Positions 11,478 through 26,093 of a stretch of 64,000 bases of DNA are shown piece by piece. Position numbers and translations under genes: made by a program. The stretch lies in NCBI GenBank assembly GCA_951406725.2, contig OX597836.1, forward strand, positions 19,530,001-19,594,000, in the 5' to 3' direction. The notes below the pieces were generated by a model. The model saw only the letters and a list, made by a program, of their open reading frames with translations, was not told where the DNA came from and ran no database searches. The number at the start of each line of letters is the position of its first letter. Within the stretch, counting starts at the first letter, position 1. The DNA is from Octopus vulgaris. Taxonomy: Eukaryota.

Positions 11478-12031
11478 ACTCTTGGATACTTTGTAATGAC
11501 ACAAACGTGCAACAGGTTCCCATGAAGGAGGTGTTCAAATCCCAAGTGTACATCTTAATCTTCTCCCTACTAAATCCTTCACAGGAGCCACCAAATGACA
11601 CTACCACTTCCACCTCCACCACGACCATCCCTGATCTTGCAAAAACCTATATGGAAACAACAGACAGCAGCAGGTCAACAACAAGGGACTCTTTCACTCA
11701 TATACTGACTACCTCGGAGGAGAACACTGACCCCTTCAACCCATCTCCTCCCCCTCCTCCTCCTCCACCTTCTTCTCTCAAGACTGCAGTAAAGTCCTCC
11801 CCAACCAAAACGGTGACCACTCAGCAGCGCAAGATTCCATGTTTGTTATATTTTGAAAGCCCCTATTACACAAGAAGCAAGAGCCGGCGCAAGCGAAGGG
11901 TCTGTGTTTCTCAGGCACTGTGCAGTAGCGTTGTGAAACCCAGCAGTCGGAAGAGGAAACACAAATGCTGCAGCAGGTTAAAAAGCAGCGCTAACAGCGG
12001 CAGTAAAAAACGCAAACGCAATGCAACATAA
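11478..12031 (+). CDS. USP44: USP44/49-like terminal coding exon (Asn/Asp box plus Thr/Pro-rich and basic tail)
   Basis: ttcag|; (D)SWILCNDTNVQQVPMKEVFKSQVYILIFS...KKRKRNAT* with TAA at 12029-12031. Confidence 0.9.
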
Positions 12032-12552
12032 AAATGCAGAACAGAAGGAAACTTTCCATTTTGATAATTTGAATTTTTGTGTTGGTGTGAGCGAGTGTGG
12101 TAGCGACATAAGTTTGACTGACTTTCACTTGACTTTGCATAAAAAAACATTTCTTTCCTCCTCCTGTTCATGTATGTCAGCATTCCTCTTTCCTTTCAGA
12201 ATACCATTTTTCATCTCAAAGACTGAAATAATTCATACAGAAAGCCATAAGAATTTTTTTTAGCTGTTTGCTGATATTCACATGTAGCTTTTTTTCCACT
12301 TTTTTATACTAAAATTGAAACAAACCAAAAATTGTCATAAAAAAAGAAAAAAACGAACAACAATGCCTGGTTTTTGCATTTATTTATTAATATTTTAACC
12401 CCCTCCTTTTTTTTTTTTTGAGAGCAGTGAGTTGGCACATGCTAGGCAAAATGCTTAGCACCATTTCATCCGTCTTAACATTCTGAGTTCAAATTCTACT
12501 GAAGTTGACCTTATCTTTTATCCTTTCAGAGCCAGTAAAATAAGTACAGGGG

Positions 12553-13040
12553 ACCCTGTCAAAAGCTTTCTTCAAGTCAACAAAAGCCAACTACAGATGT
12601 TTATCTTTCGCTATGTATTTCTCCTGCAGCTGCTTTACCATAATAGCATCTTTGGTAGTGTAAGTTATTTTTCCCATTGATATTGCTGCACCACTTATGT
12701 GTCCATAGCTTACATCAGGTACATTTTATGGAGTTTCTACCTACACCTTTTCTACAGATTGAGCAGGGCCATCTACCTGAAGGGATTGGTGATTTGTCTG
12801 CCTTCCTACTTACTAAGACTGGTTTTTGCTAGATTGACTCTAAGGCCCTTCGATTCTAGACCTTGCTTCCACACCTGAAACTTCTCTAGTTTTGATAGTG
12901 ACTCAGCTATTAGAGCGGGGTCATCAGCATAGTGGAGCTTCCAGGGGAATCCTGTCTTGAATTCCTCTGTTATTACCTGGAGAAGATGAATAAGAAGGGT
13001 TTGAGGACTGATCTTTTTGATGGAGCCTTACCCCTACCTG
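12553..13040 (-). mobile_element. Rearranged RTE LINE reverse-transcriptase fragments
   Basis: On -: LAFVDLKKAFDRVP and PWKLHYADDPALIAES. Confidence 0.7.
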
Positions 13041-13178
13041 GAATAGTGTAAGTTATTGAAGGCTTATGTCCAGTAATTTTGTAGTGTGTTAGCAGATATC
13101 AATTTGTTTAGGAAGTTAAAATTTTATTAGTATAAAGAATGAGGTTGTTTTCCAAATCATTGGCTTAATTTAAATATA

Positions 13179-14259
13179 TTGGGTTATCCCATAAATGATG
13201 TGATTTTTCCGATTGCATGAACTAAAATTTGGATGGGAATGGGATAAACTACCTGGGAATAGGATAAACTACTTTATTTTTAGTGCAAGTTTTGAAGAAT
13301 GCAGTTCGATTTTAACAGTTATTTTTTGCAAAGCTATAATGGATGTGACAAAGGAGAATATTCAGCATATTTTGCTTTATGAGTTCAATAAAGGCAACAA
13401 AGCAATGGGAAGTGTAAGGAATATTAATGCAGTATATGGGGATTGGACAATAAGTGTAAGCCAGTGTCAATGGTGGTTCCAGAAATTCTGAGCTGGAAAC
13501 TACAGCCTAGAAGATGAACCTTGTCCTGGAAGATCTGTAGAGCTTGACAAGGATATCCTGCAAACCCTGGTGGAACAAAATCCCATTGTAACTGAAGAAC
13601 TCTCAGAGAAACTTGGATTTGGTCATTCAAGTCAGCACTATAAGAAAAACAACCATCTTTGGTTTCAAGACGAAAGGTGATCTTCAATCAGGATAATGCT
13701 TGCCACATACAGCAAGGACGACATTCCAAAGACTGGAGCAGTTTGAATGGGAAATGATTCCCCACCCACCATATTCCCCAGACATTGTCCCATCATTTAT
13801 TCTGCAGTCTTCGAAATCATTTTGATGAAAAAATATTAATTCTGTAGATGAGGTCAGAACAGTACTGGAGGAGTATTTTTCATCACAGATAAGTGAATTT
13901 TGGAAGAAGGGCCTTGCAAGTCTACCAGAATGATGGAAGAACATTGTAGAAAATGAAGGAGAATATATTTTAGATTAAAAAAAAAAATCATCATCATCAT
14001 CGTTTAATGTCCGCTTTCCATGCTAGCATGGGTTGGATGATTTGACTGAGGTCTGGCGAACCAGATGGCTGCACCAGACTCCAATCTGGTTCGCCAGACC
14101 TCAGTCAAATCGTCCAACCCATGCTAGCATGGAAAGCGGACCTTAAACAATGATGATGATTTTTTAAATCTAAAATATATTCTCCTTCATTTAAAAAAAA
14201 TGTTTATCTTAATTAAAAGAAGTATAAAAAAAAACCGCATTATTTATGAGATAACCCAA
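13179..14259 (+). mobile_element. Mariner relic with internal deletion
   Basis: TIRs ttgggttatcccataaat / atttatgagataacccaa with TA flanks; MDVTKENIQHILLYEFNKG... helix-turn-helix start; same family as 18212-19496. Confidence 0.88.
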
Positions 14260-16120
14260 TAATTTGGCATATACAGTTTTGATCTTTAAAGGAAAGGTTT
14301 ACATCCTGCGCATATACCTTCCAACCAGTCGAAAGTGCATACTGGTGCATTTTATTGTGGCACCAGTGCTAAAGAGGTTGCTGTATTCTCGGTAAGAACC
14401 ATATAAAAGAGAGAGAGAAAAGAAGAAAATGATGAAAAGCTTTATTTTATTCAGGTAAAAACACTTTATTTTTTTTTATTTTTATTTTTTTTTTGGTCAG
14501 ATAACATGAAATGACAAATGAGAAAATTCTTTTTTTCTTTTATTCAATTTAGTAGCTTCACAAGATGAAACCAAGGGCAGTACATACATCATCTTGTAGA
14601 ACAATTAATATTAATTAAAGATGCTGATGAGGAATTGGATAGATTTAAAACTGCTCCCACTCCCAGTTTATTTGTTTTTATAAGATTGATAATTTATTTT
14701 AAAATAAAAAATATTGGAGGTTGGTTTTGTTGATTGAAAGTATTTTGTATTTGTCTGAGTATAGTTCAATCCATTAGATTATTGATTAGTTACAGAACTA
14801 AGGTAATTAGTTTTATTAGAGATAAGCATTTTTCTGTTTGAACATTCCATTAATTTAGATTCATTAAATAGAAATAACTATAATATAAGAAACAAAACAA
14901 AGGATTACTCAGTGGCTGATGTCGTTTTTCATTTATCAGTCAAGTACAAACAGCTTTAGGTATGCTTCAGTCGTTTTTCTGGCCTTCACAGAAACATACT
15001 TTTGTGTGTACTTGCAAGTGTAGTAATGAATGAATCAGTAAATAAATATACAAGATAGCATGCTTTTTGTTGGCATCAGAAAATAGACTTCTTTAAACAC
15101 TAAATAAATTTAAAATCCCATGCTATGCTATGAAGAAAAACAATATTTAAGTTAATGATATTTAATGAGTGGAATATTAAAGAGAAAAAAAGAGAGAAAA
15201 GTTTAAGGATGAATGAATCTTTATATAAATATACAACATTGTATATTTAACAATGTCGGGAAAATATAATTGTTTAGCAATTAAATAAATCTGATCCTAA
15301 TTCAACAGTCTGACTATGTATATATTGGGTGTCATAATCAAATTGAAAGATTACTCAATACCATTCTCTAGAGAGCATCATATTTTCTTTTACATGGAAA
15401 GGGTTGAAGCTTTGACACACACACAAATATATATATATATATATGTACTATGTGTTGAAGGAATTTTGCTGAGATTCTGGTAAAGGTAAATTATCCCTAT
15501 ACCCGTTACTGAGAAATAGTACCAAATGCTTGCCCCCCACCTGCCTTTCCTCTGCTACCACCACCAAAAATACATTAATTACAAAAGACTCTCCACTGAG
15601 ACCTTCCTCTGACCCCTGAGTGTGTATTGTATTTTTAATTGGTAAAAGTTATAAAGTGACTCCAAGTGCCAAGAGTTTTGTGCACAGCACTTATATATTT
15701 AGCCTGTTACCAAACATTTACATATATATATATTCTTTTATTTGCTTCAGTCATTTGACTGTGGCCATGCTGGAGCATCACCTTAAAGGGTATTAGTTGA
15801 AAAATATCAACCCCAGTACTTGTTTGTAAGCCTGGTACTTATTCTATTGGTTTCTTTTGCTGAACCACTAAGTTACGGAGGCATAAACTCACCAGCATTG
15901 GCTATCAAGTGATGGTGGGGGGACAAATACAGACACACAAATATATATATATATATATATATATGACAGGCTTCTTCCAGCTTCTGTCAACCAAATCCAC
16001 TCACAAGGCTATGGTTGACCCGAGGCTATAGTAGAAGACACTTGGCCAAGGTGTCACACAGTGGGACTAAACTTGGAATCAAGCGGTTGGGAAGCAAGCT
16101 TCTTACTACACAGCCACTCC

Positions 16121-16162
<42 letters not shown>

Positions 16163-18211
16163 CGCACACACACACATATATATATATGTATATATGTATA
16201 TATCTGTATGTATATATATATGTATATATATCTATATGTATATATATGTATAGTATTAGTGCACTGTTTATATGAGTGCATGAAAGCTAAAACAATGAAG
16301 TTAAATGCATAAGACTCCAAAATTTTACAATCCTTATTGAAAATATATATGGTCTCTTTTAATAAGAGCTAATAAGCAGATTATCTTTCCAAATACTTGG
16401 AGGCAGCTGCCATTTTCTTTTCCCCCCATGCCAAAACATTTAATTTAATCAAAATTTAATTTCTGAACTGAGCTGAGATTCAGGCAAGTTTCTGTTGAGA
16501 TTGATTTCTGAATGTGTTGGGTGGGGAGGGAGGGAGAGAGAGAGAATATGATGATGTCTATATTCTTGATTAATATCAACAAAACAAATTTTAACAAAAC
16601 TGGTTTGTAAAGAACCGGTTAAAAAATAAAACAAAACGGTAAAATAAATTCTTAAATAATATGTAAGTAACCCTTTCATTACCGACCCGGCTGAAACCGG
16701 TTCTGGCTCTTTAGTACAAATGTCTGGTTTTCAAAAGTTCTGAATTAAGATCTTCCACCAAACCTTAGTCACAGTTTTTGTTCCTAAAACTAGCTTAATT
16801 ATAACGATGTTATTTTACTAAATTCTTTGTTATATTAAAAATAATTGGAAGAAACACAGAGCATCTGAAAATAAATACAGTAACGAAAGGGTTAAAAGCT
16901 TCATTAAAAAAAAAAAGATTAAGTTGTTCCTTATTCTTTCTTATTTGATGGTAAAAAATCTGTGAATAATTCACTCCTGTCTTTAAGAGATTGGGATGGG
17001 AGTCACTGTAAATTTGTTAGGGTTTAATTTACATAATGGTGAATAGGTTGACTCTAGTTAACAACACCACCCAATAGATTGTCGATAAATTTGTTCTCAT
17101 GCCGAAAACATATCTGGTGAAACTGTCATGCTCTTATCCACAGTAAAATATTAAATTTGCTAAACATTATTTTAAAAAGTTTGTATCTACTGCAAAATTC
17201 ACATTTAGTCAACAGTAAAAAAAATAAATTCAAAGAGCAAAAGCTCTTCATGTTACAAAGTGAATAGTAAAAGACAGCATTGAGGGAATCCAATGAATTT
17301 GCCAATAAATATCAATATCTTGAAATACTGGATTCTTTAACAGGAGTGTCTGAGAGAGACAAACATGACCTCTGTAACAGACTGGGAGAGAAGTCACTGA
17401 AAAAGTTGCAAATAGTAACAAGAACTTTGACCCCCCCCCCCAAAAAAAAGATTGAGTGTTAACTAACAAGTCAAACAAATGATCAATTAGTTAACGATAG
17501 ATATTTAACTAATTGATTAATAACAAAGGAGTGGAATTGAACCAATGACTATTTTCTGTTCATTTTTTTTTTTTTTCTACTATATTTATTTTATTACTAG
17601 TAGGACCTGAGAATATTTCATGGAATTAATTGTAAACTTATTTGGTTATTTCTGAAAACTTTATCCAAAAAAATCTGAAAGCGTAGCCTGTGTTGTATCT
17701 GTATCAAAAGATATTCACTAATTTGCTACTCACTGAAAAGTGAATGAAATTGGAATATGATGATTACTCAATGCACTTTATATACTTTATGCACACTTTT
17801 AAGGACTAAATACACAGCACTCTCCTTCTTTCTCTCTCATTCTTCACATCACCATCTTTTTCTCTCTTTGCCTTTCTCTTCAACTAGTCATGTGAAAGTG
17901 TTACAGACAGGCTAAGTAACAGAAGGAAAAAAACTTAGTTAAAAAAAAGAAATTACACATTTCACTCACCGTCACCTCCTGCTCTGCATCCTCCTCTCCC
18001 TTTCCCCTTCAACTAATCACATGAAATTGTTACAGACAAGCTAAGTGATGAAGGAAAAAGCATAATTATTATTATAAGATTCTTTTTGCAGTTCTGTTTC
18101 CAAGTAAGTTTAACTTCTCTATTCATGACAAAAACACGTTTATTAGCATATCTACTCATATAATGAGCCCTGTTATTTGTTCTATCAAACATACATACAC
18201 ATATATATATT

Positions 18212-19496
18212 TTGGGTTATCCCATAAATAATGTGGTTTTTTTCAATTGCATGAACTAAAAGTCAGAGGGGGACGGGATAAACTACCTGCATCAACTTAC
18301 TATAAAAGCAGGTAGTAATTTTACCTCGTCCTTATTCTTAGTACAAGTTTTGATGAGTGCAGTTCGATTTTAGCAGTTATTTTTTCAAATCTATAATAGA
18401 AGTGACAAAGGAGCACATTCGGCATATTTTGCTTTATGAGTTCAGTAAAGGCAACAATGTAACAGAAAGTGCAAGAAATATTAATGCAGTGTATGGGGAT
18501 CAGAAATAAGTGCAAGTTGGTGTCAACAGTGGTTCCAGAAATTTCGAACTGGAAACTACAGCCTAGAGGATGAACCTCATCCTGGAAGATCTGTAGAGCT
18601 TGATGAGGATGTCCTGCAAACCCTGGTGGAGCAAAATTCCATTGTAACTGTTGAGGAACTGACAGAGAAGCTTGGATTTGGCCATTCAACCATTCATCAA
18701 CACCTGATGCCATTGGAAAAGTCAGAAAATTGGGTCAATGGGTTCCTCACAAACTTTCTGAGTCTAATTGCATGCAGAGAGTGAATGTGTTCTTCTTCAT
18801 TGTCATGTCTCACGAATGAACCTTTTTTGGACCGAATAGTGACTGGTGATGAGAAATGGGTTCTCCATAAAAATGTCAAGTGCCACAGATAGTGGGTAGC
18901 AAAAGGAGAAACACAGGCACCCCAGGCTAAAGAAGGTCTTCATCCATGTAAGGTGATGTTATCTGTTTGATGGGATATGAAAGGTTTAGTCCACTTTGAA
19001 CTTTTATACCCAAACCAAACGATAACAAAGGGGATCTACTGCAAGCAGCTTGAGTGGCTTAAGTCAGCGCTAGAAGAAAAATGACTGTTTTTGGTTTCAA
19101 GACAAAAGATGTTCTTCCATCAGGAAAATGTTCAGCCACTTATAGCGATGATGCATTCCAAAGGATGGAGCAGTTTGAATGGGAAACGATGCCCCACCCA
19201 TTTATTTGCAGGACATTGTCTGATCTGATTATCATTTATTCTGTAGTCTTCAAAATTATGTGGTATGAAAAAAATATGAATTCTGTAGATGAGGTCAGAA
19301 TAGTACTGGAGAAGTATTCTTCATCACAGATAAGTGAATTTTGGAAGAGAGGCCTTGCAAGTCTACCAGATAAATGGAAGAGTATTGTAGAAAATGAAGG
19401 AGAATATATTTTAGACTAAAAAAGAACTTTGTTTATCTTAATTTTGAAAGATAAAAGAAGTATAAAAAAAAACGCATTATTTATGGGATGACCCAA
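18212..19496 (+). mobile_element. Near full-length (1285 bp) mariner transposon with pseudogenised transposase
   Basis: TIRs ttgggttatcccataaataatg / cattatttatgggatgacccaa; fragments WVPH, FLDRIVTGDEKWV, KVMLSV*WD and WKSIVENEGEYILD; stops and frameshifts. Confidence 0.92.
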
Positions 19497-19706
19497 TATA
19501 TATATATGTGTGTGTGTGTTTTGTATATCTATTACTTGTTTCAGTCATTGGACTGTGGCAATGCTGGAGAACTGGCTTAAAGGGTTTTCTTACTCAAACG
19601 AATTGACTCCAATACTCATGCTTATTGCTCACTTAACAACCATTCTATATTAATCTAATGCTGTTTATATATATATATATATGCATACAATGTTTGATTA
19701 AGAGAT

Positions 19707-19712
19707 TTTATT
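19707..19712 (-). terminator. Candidate GPD2 polyadenylation signal (AATAAA)
   Basis: tttatt on +, about 450 nt past the GPD2 stop; AT-rich context, so weak evidence. Confidence 0.25.
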
Positions 19713-20163
19713 GTGACATATGCTGTTATGCAAGATGTGCCGCATCTATAACATTAAGTAGATCAATAATTGGTATGTTAAGACTTGTATGTCCAACATA
19801 TATATGCGAAAAGGGAGGAGGCTTCTGAATTTCTTGTTCATTGTTAATATGCGATATATCTATTGAGCATGTGGAAACTTTAATGTTTGGCAATTCTGTT
19901 TTTTTCTCTGTGGATAAAAAAAAAGCATACCCACCCCCCAAAAAATAATCACTTACCAACAATGTGTTAAGCATGACAATGAATTTACCAATAATGGTCA
20001 GGCATGCGATGATGAATTTATCTGACTCCCAAATGAGATTCCAAGAGGTTATCTCTGTTTCACTAATATCAAGACATAAAATAAATCATTACATAATTCT
20101 AAAGTGTGCAAACGGATTTAATTCCCATTTGGTTAAAATAAAAGAAAAAAGATGGAAAAACGC

Positions 20164-20274
20164 CTAGACACCACCACCACTGCGTTCAACAGGTATCACA
20201 GCACTCTCTTTAGCACGTACAGCATATGCAAATCGGCTGTTAGAAATGGCACCAGTCTTTAGTGCACTCATCAT
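20164..20274 (-). CDS. GPD2: GPD2 terminal coding exon
   Basis: tccag|MMSALKTGAISNSRFAYAVRAKESAVIPVERSGGGV* (conserved IPVxRSxGG end; TAG stop). Confidence 0.94.
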   Translation of the reverse strand: MMSALKTGAISNSRFAYAVRAKESAVIPVERSGGGV

Positions 20275-20350
20275 CTGGAAAGACAGAAAGAGATAAATCA
20301 ACTTAGATTATACTGTTCTTCAGTGAGAAATTTTACTCTCTCTCTCTCAT

Positions 20351-20381
<31 letters not shown>

Positions 20382-21929
20382 CACACACAGGCATAGCTTC
20401 CCAACCACATGGTTTCAGGTTCTGTCTTACAGTGTAGCCCCTTAAGCAAGTGTCTTCTACATTAGTCCTAGGCTAACTAAGGTCTTGTTAGTAGATTTGA
20501 TCGATGGAAACTGAAAGAAAGAAAACTGATATATGTATGTGTGTGTATGTAGGTATATCTATATTAATAAAAGCGAAATTCTGTCTGTCTGGGACCCCTG
20601 TATCTCAGCCTATATTTGCTCTATACAGACATATTATACCTTTTTGGAATCAGGATGATCTCGGGATTGAAAATATGCCCTTCAGTTGGTTCTTGCACAT
20701 CCAGCATTGGGATCTGATTTAAAAGCATTTGGGGTTGCTATTTCTAGCACATAAAGCAACCATGAGAGGTACAAGAGTTACCTCCCTTAGCTTTAAGTTT
20801 TACTAAGGAATTTAGTGGTTCTTTTATCGTTTTCAGTCATTAGACTTCGGCCGTGCTGGGACACCGCCTTGAAGAATTTTAATTGAACAAATCGACACCA
20901 GTTCTTTCTTTTTTTATGCCTGGTACTTTCTTATTGGCCTCTTTTGAACTGCTAAGTTACATGAACATAGACACAGCAACACCAGTTGTCAAGCAGTGGT
21001 GGGGGATGAACACAAAGTCACAATACACACACATCTTCTATTCAAATTTTAAAAGAACTCCAAAAATTTGTGAAGTTACAAGTTTTTCCTTTAAACTGAA
21101 TTTAAAGTAATACCGCATTAGTGGGGTACCAATAAATGCTTTATTATTATTGCTGTCTTTGGTTTTGGGCCACAAGCCCAATTAGCCCTCCAGAGGAGCC
21201 AGCTTAAAAGTCCACATGGAGTGCAGCTTTTAAACTAGTATATATATATATATATAATAAAATATTAGGGAATTATCTCTAATTTAATATAATATATATA
21301 TATATATATATTGTTCATAATATTTTATCTCGTTCGGCTTAACAGCCCTTCTTGTCTGTGTTACTGTTATTCTCCTTGTACTGTCATTACTGTCCTGTTT
21401 TTGTTACCATTTTTACCTCTCCGCAAAAAAATCTCAAATTTTATTTAATTTGCTTTTCGCGGGAAGGAATGTTTCATTAAAGTCGTGTCTCGCCTTGACC
21501 TTCGAAACACGGAGTAGATGAAACAAAGGCGACTGCAGAAGGGGAATTTTCCTTGTATTGTATGTCCTGTACTCTATTTTTTCGTGGTTTAAGAAACATG
21601 TCCATTTCCTTGGTTTTGTGTTTATGTTTTCGTTTCTCATTGTATTCGACGTTTTTTTGGTGTCCTGTACCCATATATACATGTAGAGGTAGGTACGTAC
21701 ATATATGTATGTATATATGCATATGTTTTATTTTATTTATTAATTTATTATAAAGCACCCACTACACTCACGGAGTGGTTGGCGTTAGGAAGGGCATCCA
21801 GCTGTAGAAACACTGCCAGATCAGACTGGAGCCTGGTGCAGCCTCCTGGCTTCCCAGATCCCCGGTCGAACCATCCAACCCATGCTAGCATGGAGAACGG
21901 ACGTTAAACAATGATGATATATATATATA

Positions 21930-21987
<58 letters not shown>

Positions 21988-22173
21988 TCTAAATATGTGT
22001 GTATGTATTAACATCATTATGTGAGTGGATTTGGGAGACAAAATCTAAAAGAAGACACCGTGTGTGTACCTTGTCTTGACATTATGTGATGGTTGCTCAT
22101 TTCCTGCAAAATTTACAAACAAAAATTTCAAGGTTTCAAATATATTGGAGTAAAAAAAAAAAAAAAAAATTAC

Positions 22174-22272
22174 CTGCAGGAATTCTCCCATGTCAACTTG
22201 TGCGTTTTTATTCAGATCAACTTCTTGCAAAATTTGGTGGAGATGGTCCTCGCTAACAATTTGGTTACTTTT
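22174..22272 (-). CDS. GPD2: GPD2 exon with EF-hand 2
   Basis: cacag|KSNQIVSEDHLHQILQEVDLNKNAQVDMGEFLQ|gtaat; follows an 18-kb intron. Confidence 0.93.
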
Positions 22273-22719
22273 CTGTGAGAAACAAGAAATGTTTATCCGC
22301 AAGTTAGAAATATTATCATTGTTTGTCTTTTACTGAAATAAATGATAATTATAATTATATATATATATATGTATAAAAAATACAAACTGGGACAAGAACA
22401 CAAAACATTTTGATGACGACACAAAAAACACGGACGGGACATTGAAAGCCTTCAATCTTCAGTCAAGAACCGGATATACACATACATGTATGTATATATA
22501 TATATTTGTTTTGCAAGATTTTTGATGTGAAATCGTGTATTGAAGCATGTTGTATTTAGGAATGGTCATTTTGCCTGATGAGGCCACAGGAGTGTGACAA
22601 AAGAACTCTGACCAAATTAAGATTAATGTAAAAAATAAATAACGCTGAAGTAAAGTAACACCAAATATATAATTTGTGTGTTATTATTGGCTAAACTGGC
22701 AAAATGACCATTCCTAAAT

Positions 22720-22758
<39 letters not shown>

Positions 22759-23333
22759 CATGTATATATAGCTGACATCACTAAAGAATAATTGCAGTTT
22801 TTATCAGAAATATTTCCTTGTTTCCAATTTAACCATTCTAACAACAACCACTAAAATAGTATCTTGCTCTACTAATTTATTATGGCTACATTTGAACAGA
22901 GATATTTACCAGGTTCCTGTACCCATTCTCCACTACCATCATACCCACCACCAACCATCATCATCATGTTTATGTCTGTATTTCGACGCTTGCATAGTTT
23001 GGATGAACCTTCTCCAACACAGCCTCTTACCATTTTCCTAGTTCCTTTGTCATTTCCTTCCTGAGATCAGTTTTCACCTCTCCAAATTGAGAAGCAACTC
23101 AGATCATGACAACACCTCCAACCCATGACAACATGGAAAACGTATGTAAAAACATTGATGATGATGATGATGACCTTTTAATTTTTTTTTACCATAGCAT
23201 TTTAAATACCAATAACTACTTCTCACTCAATCTTTGGTAAACATGGTTGGTTAAAGTGTTTATTTTGTTCAGTCAACTTGGCCATATAATACACACACAT
23301 ACATAAATACATTCATTCTAAATAAAAAAAAAT

Positions 23334-23377
<44 letters not shown>

Positions 23378-23463
23378 ATCCAAACAAGAAAGCACAAAAA
23401 AACACAACAACGCGAGGACGTGGAACAAATATAGTATTATTGGACGCTCAGGAAAGAAGGAGG

Positions 23464-23498
23464 GTTTAACATTTCGAGCGGAGCTCTTCGTCGGAAAC
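23464..23498 (-). ncRNA. Minimal Penelope-type hammerhead variant (CCGACGA)
   Basis: On -: gttt CCGACGA a gagc tcc gctc GAAA tg TTA aac. Confidence 0.5.
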
Positions 23499-24097
23499 AT
23501 AGGAGAAGGGAAGACAGAGGGAAAAAAAATTGCCAATGGTACACACGCGGTAAGTTCAGACACAATTAAAGAGAAGCGCATATGCATATACACATATGTA
23601 AATGTATGCACAGACACATACATACATGTGTATATATACACAAGTGATAAAAGCAGCAACAAACGAAAAACCAAAACAGAAAACCAGGTTTTGTGACTGG
23701 AGAAAAGCAAAGTGTGATTGTATTTAAGTTCAGATTACAGTGAGAGCTTAATATCAAAAGAGAGGTTGTCAATATGAAGTGAAACAATCTGGCACAGCTG
23801 AGTGGACATTCAGCTTGTTTTGGTACTGGAGGTAAGCACATTGGCATATATATACATATATATATAATCAAAATAAGCAACAAGGATATCCGAGGTAGAG
23901 CAGTACAATTGTTTCATGCTACTTTATTTTATTAAACAATGAAGTAGCATGAAATGATTGTACTGCTCTACCGCAGATATACTTGTTGCTTATTTTGATA
24001 ATAATCACCCCATTTGATTTATATGGATAATACCATTCAAAATTCTGGTGCCTTTGACTTAAGCACCATATTCATCTGAATCTAAATTTTCCTGATC

Positions 24098-25461
<1,364 letters not shown>

Positions 25462-25463
<2 letters not shown>

Positions 25464-25848
25464 TGCCCAAATGATGTTGGCATCACCTTTAAGGTACATC
25501 CAAGGCTTGGGCCCCGTGCCATCCGCCCAAAACAAAAATCGCACTCTCATCTCATAACAACAATACGGCACAATTATTTCACCTCAATTGGCCCCGCTCT
25601 CTTTAACATTACACCAAAACACATTAAAACAGAAACTGACCCTATAGGGTTCAAGAAGTCTTTGGACAGATTCCTTCAAGAAATCCCGGATAAACCCCCT
25701 ACACCCGGATATGTCTCTGTAAACAATAACTCTCTACTTGAGTGGGCCATAGTGCCCAAATTCTGACTTGAAAGACTTCACCAGGTGGTGCTATTAAGTT
25801 AGACATGGCCTGGGCCAATACTGGCCGAAACCTATCAAAGTATCAAAG
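25462..25848 (+). mobile_element. CR1/L2-like LINE 3' end
   Basis: ...[10 protein letters not shown]...FKKSLDRFLQEIPDKPPTPGY...NSLLEW...*; 3' stem-loop and (tatcaaag)2 tail. Confidence 0.72.
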
Positions 25849-25891
25849 TATATATATATATACACATATATATATATATACATATATATAC

Positions 25892-25940
<49 letters not shown>

Positions 25941-25948
25941 TATATACA

Positions 25949-26015
<67 letters not shown>

Positions 26016-26024
26016 TATATATAC

Positions 26025-26093
<69 letters not shown>

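Noticed and set aside
17872-18060. ~55-bp imperfect direct repeat
   Set aside because: It is an old local duplication with no further structure or coding signal.
22440-22475. CTGAAGA on - as a hammerhead
   Set aside because: There is no properly placed GAAA, stem III or UH downstream.
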